Positions 11,781-21,439 of a stretch of 64,000 bases of DNA are shown in pieces (within the stretch, counting starts at the first letter, position 1; every line of letters begins with the position of its first letter). The position numbers were made by a program, and so were the translations under genes. This stretch comes from Auanema rhodensis (Eukaryota; Animalia; Nematoda): the NCBI GenBank assembly GCA_964057225.1, contig OZ059895.1:17856001-17920000 (forward strand), in the 5' to 3' direction. Below the pieces are notes generated by a model that had not been told where the DNA came from, did not search any database, and was given only the letters and a program-made list of their open reading frames with translations.

Positions 11781-14700
11781 TTATTCTTCTTCATTCCTCG
11801 GAAGCCATATTTCGTCTTCATTTTCATCTTCTGGCTCTGTATCTATGCTATCCTTGTTGTTCCTGTTGATCACTTCTATTATTTCGATGTCGCTATCTTC
11901 TTCTGCTTGACTTTCTCGAAATCTTGCGCGAGTGTTGTAAGAGATGTTTTGTGAAGCAGGAGAGAAGATTTTCAAGTTATCTTTGTGGATATCTTGTAGT
12001 TTTCCTGATGAATTTCTGATTTGAACTTTTGATCCTTCTACGTTGATGACTTCGTATGGTCCATCATAGCTTTTCCGAAGCTTTTGGCCGATTTGGTGTG
12101 ATTTTATAGTCGTCATCACCATGTCGCCCGGTTGAATGTCTCTATGGTGTGCTCTTTGCGTTCTATCTTTCTTCTTTTTCGCATTTTCTTGATTTTTAGC
12201 TATGCGGTTCTTTATTATTTCGTCTCTCTTGTCCATATCTGGTCTTCTTTGGAGTAATTCTTCAGAAATTTCTTGAATTTTGGTGATCGTTTCTGGTAAT
12301 TCAGCGTCCATTGACATTCTGCATTCTTTACCGAATAATGCAATGTAAGGCGCAATCCCTGTAGTCGCGTGCTGAATATTGTTAATAGCAAAAGTGATTT
12401 TTGGTAATACAGTATCCCAGTCACTAAGGTCCTCTTTTAAGTAGTGGGTTAATCCTTCTTCGAGGGTTCTGTGAAGTCTTTCCACTTGTCCATTTGAGTT
12501 CTTTTGGTGTGGTAGTGTTGGTTCATGTTTGATTCCAAGTTTAGTACACATTTCTTCGAACTTTTTGGATACAAAGTTCGAACCTCTATCGGTGATCAAG
12601 CGATGGGGTGGTCCAAAAATGTAAACGAAATGTCGTAGAAATCGGTCAATTGTGATTTCCGTTGTTATTTGTGGTACAGCAATTGTTGTTGACCATTTTG
12701 TAAATGCGTCTTGCATGGTAATGACGTAGGTACAGTTTCTTTTTGAAGGGGGAAATGGTCCCATTACGTCCATGTGGACTCGTTCAAATGGCTTGCTTGG
12801 TATCTCAAAATGACCTATTGGTTGTACCGTCATGGAATGTGGATCTTTTTTTCTTTGAGCACATTTAATGCAGTTCTTGATGAATATAGTAATGTCGTTC
12901 TGCATATTTGTCCAATAGAATCTTCTTAGAATTGCTTCTTTTGTTTTAATAATTCCTTGATGTGCTGCAATTGTAGGATCCTCATGAAAAACTTTGATTA
13001 TTTCCTCAATTATGGGGTGTTCTTGTGGTATTACGATAGCGGGTTGTGGCTTTTTGTCTGTTGGTTTTGTATAGAGCAAGTCATTTATGACACAATATCT
13101 GTCATTAGCTGTCATGTTCTTTTGTGCTCTATATTCAATCTCCGCTATCGTCCGTTTAATCCAAGGGGTGCTTAGTTGAATTTCCTTTATTGTTGGTGTA
13201 TTTATGGCGTTAATGTGAATTTCTTCCATTTTCTTCTTCTTTGTTTCCGGCTTAGCATCGTTAGCTTCTTCACCTATATATCGAGATAGAGCATCGCATA
13301 CTTTATTTAATTGGCCTGCGCGATATTTTATTTCAATATCATATTCTTGGATGACCAGCTGGAACTTCGCAAGACGACCAAATAAGTCTCTGCGTGTCAT
13401 TAAGCTGGTGAGAGGTCGATGGTCCGTAATACATATAGTATGAGTTCCAAGAATGTATGTACGGAATTGATTTAATGCATATACAAGGCCTAATGCTTCT
13501 ATCTCGATTGGTGCGTAGTTACGTTCGGCTTTAACTAGTTTTCTGCTTGCAAATGCGATAGGGTGTAGATTTTTCAGAGGTTGTTTTGGATCTTCCGGTT
13601 GTAATAATACAGCACCTATGGCGATGTTACTACCGTCGCTTTCAACTATAAACAAGCGGTCCGATTTAGGTGGGCTTAAAACGGGTGCCTGTATTAAACT
13701 TCTTTTAAGGAGGTCTAAAGCTTCTTGATGTTTGTTTTCCCATTTGAATTCAGTATCTGCCTTTGTCAGATCGTATAAAGGGCTTGCGATACGTGCAAAA
13801 TCTTTCATGAATTTGCGAAAGAATCCAACCATTCCCAAGAATGCTCGTACACCTGTTGCATTCTTTGGTGCCGGATAATCTTGTATGGCGGCGACTTTTT
13901 GAGGGTCAGGTTTTATACCTTGACGTCCAACAATAAGTCCTAGAAATTTCACTTCTGGTTGAGCAAAAGCGCATTTCTTAAGCTTTATCTTCATTCCCAA
14001 TTCTTCTACTGCTTGCAGTAAATCATCGATATCTTTGAGATGTTGTTCTCTTGTATCAGATATAACTAATAGATCATCCAAATAAACAAATAGTTTACAA
14101 GAACATTTACTTTGCAAATACCTTACTGCTGTTTGAAAGGTATGAGGGGCTCCACAAAGGCCCATCGGCATCCGTTTGTACTGGTATGTGCCGGATGTGG
14201 TCGTAAATGCTGTTAGTGGTCGATCTGATTTTCTCAAGGATATTTGAAAAAATCCTGACACTAAATCGAAGTTTGAGAAAAATTGGGCGCCTGCTGCCAA
14301 ATCAACTATGTCAGAAATGCTTGGAATGACATAAGTTTGCTTGCGTGTGACATTATTTAAAGCTCGAAAATCTGTCACAAACCTATACGTGTCATCTTTC
14401 TTCTTAACTAGTACTACAGGGCTATTAAATAGAGATGTAGAAGGCTCTATTATGCCTTGCTCAAGCATTTCTTTGACTTGTTTTTCAATTTCTTCCTGTT
14501 TTCCTAAGGGAATACGTGTTATTCTCGGCTTTGGCATATCCATATCTGTTCTCAATGGTATGGTATGCTCTATAGAACCTTTAAATAAGCCTATTTTCCT
14601 GTCCTCGTTAAGAAATGCCTCACGATGGCTTTCAATTATTTTTGTAAGCTCATGTTTTTCTTCTTTCGTGAGATCAGCATTCTCTAGATCAAGATCTTTT

Positions 14701-17700
14701 ATGAAGTCTCTTGGAAAATATGGTAGTTTACTCTCCCAATCGGCTTCTGGCGGAACATATGGTAGAATTGGCTTATGCTTAAAGGGTTCACAAGCCGGAA
14801 TTTCTCCAATTATTGCCTGTCCGATGACTGAATTAGCTTCCATAGCTATTGTTTCATCGGTATTGTTACGGAACATAACATATACTCCACTGGTATCACG
14901 AAACGCAGTTGGATATAATGATTTTAATGCGCTTCCACTATCCCCTAAGACAACCACTTCGTTAGATTCTAGTGGTTTATCTGTCTTTATTGGGATAGGT
15001 GCCTCTTCATCAGGCTTTAATGTTTTTGTTCTTAAATTAATGATATTCACAGTTATCTCCGTATGCTTAATAGATTCGTTTCCTATTAATGGGATGGCAT
15101 TGTTTCCAATCTCCAACCTCTTCTTGGATGGTTTAAGGCTGACGTCGATGTTTTCGCTGTCAAGCGCTTTCATGAAATCTAGTCCAATCAAAGCAGGAGC
15201 AGGACAGTCACGATCGTTTGAGACCAAAAAGGTGTGTTCGATCTCGTAGCCGGCAATTTCAATTACAAGATTTATCTTTCCATAAAATGTGAAAGTGGAC
15301 TTGTTGGCTGCCATCGCTACTAAATGTCTCTTCTTGACATTTTCAGCCATGTTCAGATATTTGAGGGTGGAGAGCCTAACATATGACACTGATGAGCCTG
15401 AATCCCATAAAGCTAAAATCAGTTTATCTTCAACTGATATATATATTAATGGTAACTTTGTTTCCGCTGATGCAATAGAAGCAACAAATGGTATTGCGAT
15501 TGGAATAAATGTTACTAAAGCAGGATAGTATTGCTTCATGATGTTATCTGGCATCTGTTGGTCTGGGCGGCTTACAAGTTCCAATGTTTCTTCATAGCCT
15601 GGGGGCTCATTATCTATTTCATGGACATGCATTACGGTTAGTGGAGTGGCTCTGAAGAACCAAAATTTAGCAACAACGAAAAGAATTATTAATACTGCGG
15701 CAATCGTGACTATTGATCCTATAAAGATGAGTGTTCTCTCAATTGAACCTATTAGAAATTGTTTTACGCTAGTCCAGGCGGAAGTTGTGAACTCAGCTGC
15801 TTTAGAGATATAGTCACTGCCCTTTTTCAAAAGATTAAAGGCTGACGTAATCTTTGGATCGTTGTGAATAGTATGTAAAACATGGTTCTGTCGTATGGAT
15901 GCTAAACTTGCTCCATATGCAATAGCTGTTGACATTGAGTAAACTCTCAATGATAAATTGGTGTATAAGTTAGCGCCTGTGAACTTTAAAGGTGTTAATT
16001 GGTGGTATTGCGCTTTATCAAAGAGTGATATTGGTTTTACTTCAACCGATCCATTTATATTTATCCATTCTCCATTTTGATAGTACACATCTGTTGGTAC
16101 ATGTTCGCAATCTATCTCTTTTCCATGTGTTAATAAGTCTCTTGATCCTGGAGCAGCAAAATATAATCTCTCATCTTCTGTTATTACTGGTGTTTCCAAA
16201 TAGCATGTATCATTGATCTTATGATTATGATAAACAGCTTTAGGTTGAAGAGGTAAGCATATATGAACATGAACTATATCGCTGCCTACGAAACGGGCTG
16301 CAATATCCTCTCTTCCTAAAATAGTCCTCATTGCTATTGTGGGTTCTATGTGTAAAATAGAACGCCATAGCTCGAGGTATCTATTTTGAATCTCACATAT
16401 GGATTCATAAGATTCCATAAAATGTTTCTGTAGCTCTTCTTGTATGAGTGTTGTTGTATATTGTAGATGATCTTGAGCTATTCTGCGAGATACGTTGAGG
16501 TTGAATTGTATTTCGTTGTTCACTTTTGACGCTGTATACGTTGCCTGAGCCTGAATTTCTCTGGTTTCTACGGGTGGAGATGATGTTCTTTGTTTCCTTA
16601 AGGTTCGTGACGCCGTGTCAGTGACTGTTGCTAATGTTGTTGGCGAGAGAGTCGTAGTTATCACGGCTGTTGTCGTGTCAACTATGGTTGTCGTCGGAAT
16701 CCGAGTCGTATAGCTTATAGTTGTCTCCTGAACTAGTGAAGCGGGTTTGTCCGTTGTTGTCGTTAATGACAGTCTTCTAGTCAGATAAGGCGGTGTTTCA
16801 ATATCCTCTAACAGTGGTAAAAATGTTTTTATAAGTAGCTGGCGTGTATCCGCGCTTGGGGTTTGAATGCGAGGGTGGGGGCCCATCGATATACCGTAGT
16901 TAGAATCTTTATCTCGATATAGTTTGTTGGTATCTGGCACATTGATTGTTAATTGTCGGAACTTTTCATCATCTACGGCTGCTGCTGTTTTATTTGGCCT
17001 TATTACTCGCAATGTCATCAAGTTATGGTATAAGTAAAGTGTATTTCTAAGTACTATACGCTCATCAGCATTGTCAGTTGTTAAAGTTGGTCGGATAGGC
17101 GGCATGTTCACAAAGGATTTTAAAACCTCTTGCCTTGATGGTACCGACAGATTGTTTTCAAATATTACCGGTGTATAAGCTAGCTCCATCGCTATGCTTT
17201 CGGCTCTTTCGCGGTAGGATCCGTCCTTTTCTAGTAGTTTTTCGTCAAATTCGTGTGCTGTTAATCTGTCACCTATCTGTTCTAATAATTGTTGTGAGGT
17301 TAAATACCGTATAGCGCCGCGAGTGGTTGCTGCCAGTTCCTTTTGCGCAAGAAAATAAAGTATTGCTTCCTCAGGGTCGTGTATTTCGTATGTTTGAAGG
17401 AAACGTTGTATGGATTTATCAGATACGGGACTTCTTAAGAAGAAATAAAACTTCTCGGGATGTGCTGAAACCCAATCAATAATTGAATATGAAGGGTTGA
17501 CAGCTCGTCTGGCCTTTATAAGCGGTATTATCTGATAAATACCAGGATTACTCATCACCGGTCGTAAGAAAGGATAAGGACAAATATTTAATATTAAAGT
17601 TTCAAAATCTTCCTGTTTTTGTATCCACTCCTTGTTTAATTCAACCGTGCATTCCGCAATTGCTCTTTTATCTCTTTTCGCCGGAAGTTTCTTATATTCT

Positions 17701-20489
17701 CTCTCTATTAAAACATGGATATTGGTGTCATTTGGGTACTGTGGTAAGAGAATGTAATTGCCAGTCGTGGTGTGGAAGATTGGCTGTTTAAAACAAGAAG
17801 ATATTTGCTTCGGTATCTCTTTTTGATCGATTACAAGGGCTGATTGAGTGGTTGGTAACAGAATAATGCCGTCTCCAATTATCGCATCATATTCACTCAT
17901 GTCGATATAGTTGCATCGATATTCATAAGGCTGTTTCTCCCATATGATGATTGAGGTATCTGATGCACATTCTCCATGATGCGCTAAGCATCCTTCAGTA
18001 TTTAGTATTAAATTGGAGATTATAGTTTCATCTGGCATCCGTGTCATAGCCCCTCTTTCGATAACCAATCTGGCTTTCTCTTTACATAGTTCATTATTAA
18101 AAGATCGGCCTGGCGAGAAGGAAGGCTCGTCAGTTGCATATGTTATGCTGTCGATCTTCTTTAATTCACTCCAATTCCATCTTCTATCTCTCACTGCCAG
18201 TCTGCATTCTGCAGCTGGTATCTTTTCAATTCTCGCTATCGTTGTATTGGTATCTCTAAGGAACAAAAGGTCTCTGATACACATTTTATGAATTTCTTTG
18301 GAGCATCTCCATGCATCCCATTCATGTGCCGTTTGATTCCTTGTATAAAGATGAACTTTTGTTCGTAAGATATGCTTTATTGGTGGTAATAAGCATTTTC
18401 GGAGAGATGGGGGACGGAGAAGGGCTCCTCCAGTAGCTTTAGTACATAGCTGGTATGCTTCAGCTGTTGTAACCAGTGATAAGATTACTGATAAAGCTAC
18501 GGCTAAAGTCAAAGGAGATATCAGAGTCAAATTATTGACTCTTGAGCCTCTACCTCTGCCTCTATTGTTGTTATTTCCCCTAAAGGTACTGTTATTTCTC
18601 TGTCTATTATTGCTCATTTCTTGATTTTGTGATGCATTGTGGCTTCTTTGATACCCATTTTGATTTTGATTCTGATAATTTCGACCGCGGTCACCAAAAT
18701 TGCGGTTCCTAGCAAATGGGTTTTGGAAATTCCAGCCTTTTTGATTTTTTGAAAATTTATGATAATTTTGATTGTTTTGAAAGTTTGGATGATAATTGTT
18801 ATAATTATTATTATAATTTTGATAATTTTTATTATTAAAAGATTGATAACCTCTTGCCATACCTCTCCCACCATTGTTTCTGCGCGGGGGGAAAGTTCTT
18901 TCAATTGCGTTAACCAATAGCGCCTGAGGGTCTGCTACTTGGTTTGCAATTGATTCCTCCCAGCGAGCACTATCAACAGCCTCAGCAAAAGTTTTGGGTT
19001 TTGCTCGAATTACCCCTGGGCGTATCGTATTTTTCAAGCCTCTCAAAAATGTGGACCTCAGAATGTGATCTTTATGAGTATCACTATTAGAGAAAGCATT
19101 TAAGCTGAGGTTTCTTAACGTTTGTGCAAAACCATCAATTGATAAATCGCCTTGAGTGCTGTTTTGAAGTGTGATAAGGGCAGGGTCTTGATTGTATTCG
19201 GGACACAGCTTGGATGTTAACTCTTCTATTAGGGTAACCCAAGGTCCAGCTGTTCTGACCTTGTCAGGTAGCTCTAAATAAGCTTCCTCTGCTCTATCAT
19301 TTTTCAATAGTAATGGTAAAATAGTTAGTCTTTCGGGCATCACTAAGCCTAAGGCGTTAGAAAAGGTATTAAACTTTGCCACGAAATCTCTAAAGTTACG
19401 ACTTCCGTCGTATATGGGGCAATAAGGTGAGCTTAATGCGTGCGCAATGGTAGATTTACCAGCTCCCGGAAGACGTGGTGTCTCCGTCATGGTTGGTATA
19501 TCCTCAGGGTATGTGCGAGATGACGTAATCCCTTTACTGCCTGAGCTTCTCGCCGTTAAGTTCTTACCTCCCTTTTTCGAGTTACCAGATGTTGGATAAC
19601 TAATGGTAGGGGCGGCTGAGGAGAACCGCTTCCCTGGGAGTTTGATAACTCGACTCGTTGCCTGAGGCGTCGAATGTATTGAAACGCTTGAACTGGGTAT
19701 AGCGCTATCTGACTTATTAAGGGTTGGGTTGGAGGATACGTGAAGAGAGTTATCAACTTGTTCTGTTGTTACCTCCCCTGGAGACAAATTCAAAACTTTT
19801 ATTAAGCGAGCTGTTAAAGATTTCTTACTTTTGAACTTATCAGTAGTTAGTGATAAGGGCAAAACTTCGGTAATTTCCTGATTTGGTTCTACGGGATTAT
19901 TAGAGGTTGAGCGCCTACGCGGTGTATTAGTTTTTCTTTTATTAATCTTTTTAGAATCAAGCTTTTTCGAATCAAGCTTATCAGTGATAACTGATAAGGG
20001 TGATTTGCGAATAGTGAGAGATGAGGTTTTATTAAGTTGTGAGTTTTCTGTCGGAGTGGAAAATGCCTGCGGTGTTAGAGTTAGTTCAAAAGAAGATGCA
20101 AGATCGTTATCAGTATTAACTGATAAAGTTGATAAGTTTAGGTGGGGGGTGGCTGGTGAAGTATTAGAGGTTATTTGTTTTGGTTTTTGAATTTTTTGAA
20201 TCTTTTTATTACTTTTAAAAGAGTGTACCTTTGGAGTTGAAGCTGAAGTTTGAATATTGTAGTCCTGAATATAGAAATCAGGGTCCTCCTCGGTGTTGTC
20301 CGGAGGTGAATACGTGCCTTCTCGAGGAATGAAGGTTTTCTCGACTTTGGGTTTTACCTCTTGTTCAGGCTCTTCAATCTGAACACTGAGGAGTCGAGTG
20401 CGGCTTCTGGTTCGACTGGCGACTGCGATGTCGTCACTGGACTCAGAAGGGTATAGAGCAGGGACGGCCGAAGAGTATCTTCGTGCCAC
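11781..20489 (-). CDS. Gag-Env-Pol polyprotein (capsid-like Gag, gB-like envelope, aspartic protease, RT, RNase H, integrase); true start uncertain (GTG 20489, first ATG 19490)
   Basis: Protease LWDSGS (DSG 15404-15396), RT YLDD (14084-14073), RNase H ESDGS/EALG/TDH, integrase HHCC + D,D,E (VHMD, ITDRGSN, NGQVER) + GPY; Gag-like FLRGL motif; no stop in 2902 codons. Confidence 0.95.
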   Translation of the reverse strand: MARRYSSAVPALYPSESSDDIAVASRTRSRTRLLSVQIEEPEQEVKPKVEKTFIPREGTYSPPDNTEEDPDFYIQDYNIQTSASTPKVHSFKSNKKIQKIQKPKQITSNTSPATPHLNLSTLSVNTDNDLASSFELTLTPQAFSTPTENSQLNKTSSLTIRKSPLSVITDKLDSKKLDSKKINKRKTNTPRRRSTSNNPVEPNQEITEVLPLSLTTDKFKSKKSLTARLIKVLNLSPGEVTTEQVDNSLHVSSNPTLNKSDSAIPSSSVSIHSTPQATSRVIKLPGKRFSSAAPTISYPTSGNSKKGGKNLTARSSGSKGITSSRTYPEDIPTMTETPRLPGAGKSTIAHALSSPYCPIYDGSRNFRDFVAKFNTFSNALGLVMPERLTILPLLLKNDRAEEAYLELPDKVRTAGPWVTLIEELTSKLCPEYNQDPALITLQNSTQGDLSIDGFAQTLRNLSLNAFSNSDTHKDHILRSTFLRGLKNTIRPGVIRAKPKTFAEAVDSARWEESIANQVADPQALLVNAIERTFPPRRNNGGRGMARGYQSFNNKNYQNYNNNYNNYHPNFQNNQNYHKFSKNQKGWNFQNPFARNRNFGDRGRNYQNQNQNGYQRSHNASQNQEMSNNRQRNNSTFRGNNNNRGRGRGSRVNNLTLISPLTLAVALSVILSLVTTAEAYQLCTKATGGALLRPPSLRKCLLPPIKHILRTKVHLYTRNQTAHEWDAWRCSKEIHKMCIRDLLFLRDTNTTIARIEKIPAAECRLAVRDRRWNWSELKKIDSITYATDEPSFSPGRSFNNELCKEKARLVIERGAMTRMPDETIISNLILNTEGCLAHHGECASDTSIIIWEKQPYEYRCNYIDMSEYDAIIGDGIILLPTTQSALVIDQKEIPKQISSCFKQPIFHTTTGNYILLPQYPNDTNIHVLIEREYKKLPAKRDKRAIAECTVELNKEWIQKQEDFETLILNICPYPFLRPVMSNPGIYQIIPLIKARRAVNPSYSIIDWVSAHPEKFYFFLRSPVSDKSIQRFLQTYEIHDPEEAILYFLAQKELAATTRGAIRYLTSQQLLEQIGDRLTAHEFDEKLLEKDGSYRERAESIAMELAYTPVIFENNLSVPSRQEVLKSFVNMPPIRPTLTTDNADERIVLRNTLYLYHNLMTLRVIRPNKTAAAVDDEKFRQLTINVPDTNKLYRDKDSNYGISMGPHPRIQTPSADTRQLLIKTFLPLLEDIETPPYLTRRLSLTTTTDKPASLVQETTISYTTRIPTTTIVDTTTAVITTTLSPTTLATVTDTASRTLRKQRTSSPPVETREIQAQATYTASKVNNEIQFNLNVSRRIAQDHLQYTTTLIQEELQKHFMESYESICEIQNRYLELWRSILHIEPTIAMRTILGREDIAARFVGSDIVHVHICLPLQPKAVYHNHKINDTCYLETPVITEDERLYFAAPGSRDLLTHGKEIDCEHVPTDVYYQNGEWININGSVEVKPISLFDKAQYHQLTPLKFTGANLYTNLSLRVYSMSTAIAYGASLASIRQNHVLHTIHNDPKITSAFNLLKKGSDYISKAAEFTTSAWTSVKQFLIGSIERTLIFIGSIVTIAAVLIILFVVAKFWFFRATPLTVMHVHEIDNEPPGYEETLELVSRPDQQMPDNIMKQYYPALVTFIPIAIPFVASIASAETKLPLIYISVEDKLILALWDSGSSVSYVRLSTLKYLNMAENVKKRHLVAMAANKSTFTFYGKINLVIEIAGYEIEHTFLVSNDRDCPAPALIGLDFMKALDSENIDVSLKPSKKRLEIGNNAIPLIGNESIKHTEITVNIINLRTKTLKPDEEAPIPIKTDKPLESNEVVVLGDSGSALKSLYPTAFRDTSGVYVMFRNNTDETIAMEANSVIGQAIIGEIPACEPFKHKPILPYVPPEADWESKLPYFPRDFIKDLDLENADLTKEEKHELTKIIESHREAFLNEDRKIGLFKGSIEHTIPLRTDMDMPKPRITRIPLGKQEEIEKQVKEMLEQGIIEPSTSLFNSPVVLVKKKDDTYRFVTDFRALNNVTRKQTYVIPSISDIVDLAAGAQFFSNFDLVSGFFQISLRKSDRPLTAFTTTSGTYQYKRMPMGLCGAPHTFQTAVRYLQSKCSCKLFVYLDDLLVISDTREQHLKDIDDLLQAVEELGMKIKLKKCAFAQPEVKFLGLIVGRQGIKPDPQKVAAIQDYPAPKNATGVRAFLGMVGFFRKFMKDFARIASPLYDLTKADTEFKWENKHQEALDLLKRSLIQAPVLSPPKSDRLFIVESDGSNIAIGAVLLQPEDPKQPLKNLHPIAFASRKLVKAERNYAPIEIEALGLVYALNQFRTYILGTHTICITDHRPLTSLMTRRDLFGRLAKFQLVIQEYDIEIKYRAGQLNKVCDALSRYIGEEANDAKPETKKKKMEEIHINAINTPTIKEIQLSTPWIKRTIAEIEYRAQKNMTANDRYCVINDLLYTKPTDKKPQPAIVIPQEHPIIEEIIKVFHEDPTIAAHQGIIKTKEAILRRFYWTNMQNDITIFIKNCIKCAQRKKDPHSMTVQPIGHFEIPSKPFERVHMDVMGPFPPSKRNCTYVITMQDAFTKWSTTIAVPQITTEITIDRFLRHFVYIFGPPHRLITDRGSNFVSKKFEEMCTKLGIKHEPTLPHQKNSNGQVERLHRTLEEGLTHYLKEDLSDWDTVLPKITFAINNIQHATTGIAPYIALFGKECRMSMDAELPETITKIQEISEELLQRRPDMDKRDEIIKNRIAKNQENAKKKKDRTQRAHHRDIQPGDMVMTTIKSHQIGQKLRKSYDGPYEVINVEGSKVQIRNSSGKLQDIHKDNLKIFSPASQNISYNTRARFRESQAEEDSDIEIIEVINRNNKDSIDTEPEDENEDEIWLPRNEEE
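15655..18530 (-). other. Envelope glycoprotein domain within the polyprotein (class III fusogen, herpesvirus gB / chuvirus G-like)
   Basis: Internal signal peptide ending AEA|YQLC (18530-18456), Cys-rich ectodomain with about 10 N-x-S/T sequons, furin-type KRDKR (17678-17664), a gB domain III/IV-like segment ICEIQNRYLELWRSILHIEP..LGREDIAARFVGSDIVHVHICLP..CY, and a C-terminal TM helix (15735-15655). Confidence 0.85.
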
Positions 20490-20905
20490 TTTGGAATCAC
20501 TCTTGGTTTGGAAAAACCGCGAGTGTTTCGTTATATGGGGGATGTTGACGTTGAATGAGTGACAAGAAATTCAGGTCGGTTATAGGGAAAAGTAAGAAAA
20601 GTTTGAAGATTGAGACGTGGCGTCTTTCGCCGAGAATCGTTATTAGATGAGAAAGAGTTTTAAAATCTTGGCCTGAGATCTGGCTCCGCCTATCTACCGT
20701 ATTCTCTTTTCTTTATTCTATTTCACAGATGTTCATCAATTATAAATTTTGTTGGTCTTCGCTCTTTCTAGCCTCAATCTTAATACTTTACTCTAATTGA
20801 ATTCTTGAAAGTATGAGAGAGATTTTCAGTCGTTTTATGTCCCCTTTTTATGCATAAGAATCTTTATATTTGTAGAGCTGAAAAAAAAAATAAATAAATC
20901 AAAGA

Positions 20906-21439
20906 ATGGCTTATGAAGGTCTATCGGGAATGACTTTTGTCTTGAGGAAGCTGTACGCTGACCTCGTCTTGTATGATCAAGACGAAGTGTTAGCTTATAG
21001 GCCGCACCCAGACATAATTAAGATGGTTGGTTAAAACAAAGAAACATGTTATCTTAATAAGAATTTTTAGTTTATTGAGGATTTAAAGATGCATTATCTG
21101 GGAAGGGGATTAGTAAACTTCTCCCTAATGCAGGAAATAGCGGATGAGGTTGCAGCTATCCGGCGATGGTGCCTCACCGACTTGTGCGCGCATTGGTATG
21201 AAAACCCAAATCTGGTCGCATCCCCTTGGAATTGGTATGAGCATAAGTCTCATGATTTTTATGATTATATGTCTAAAATTTTGTTTAAAATTTATTTATT
21301 TTATGAACAGTCTCCTATGGGCTTATTGCTAAGGACCTCTGCGGATTCAGTGTATTCGCAGTATTTAGAGCCTAGCGATGAGCCCATCTCACAGCCTATA
21401 GAATTTGTGAGACAGTTGCATTTTAAATGGGGCTTTTAA
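20906..21439 (+). CDS. Predicted spliced antisense accessory gene in the family A leader (exons 20906-21025, 21071-21439; 162 aa, unknown function)
   Basis: 40-codon ATG exon; a 45-nt GT..TTTTTAG intron (21026-21070) joins in frame to the 116-aa ORF; AATAAA at 21456-21461. Confidence 0.6.

Noticed and set aside
14341-15249. 302-aa + strand ORF and other antisense ORFs over pol genes (e.g. 37312-37746, 52752-53111)
   Set aside because: Shadow frames of long coding sequences, with no independent motifs
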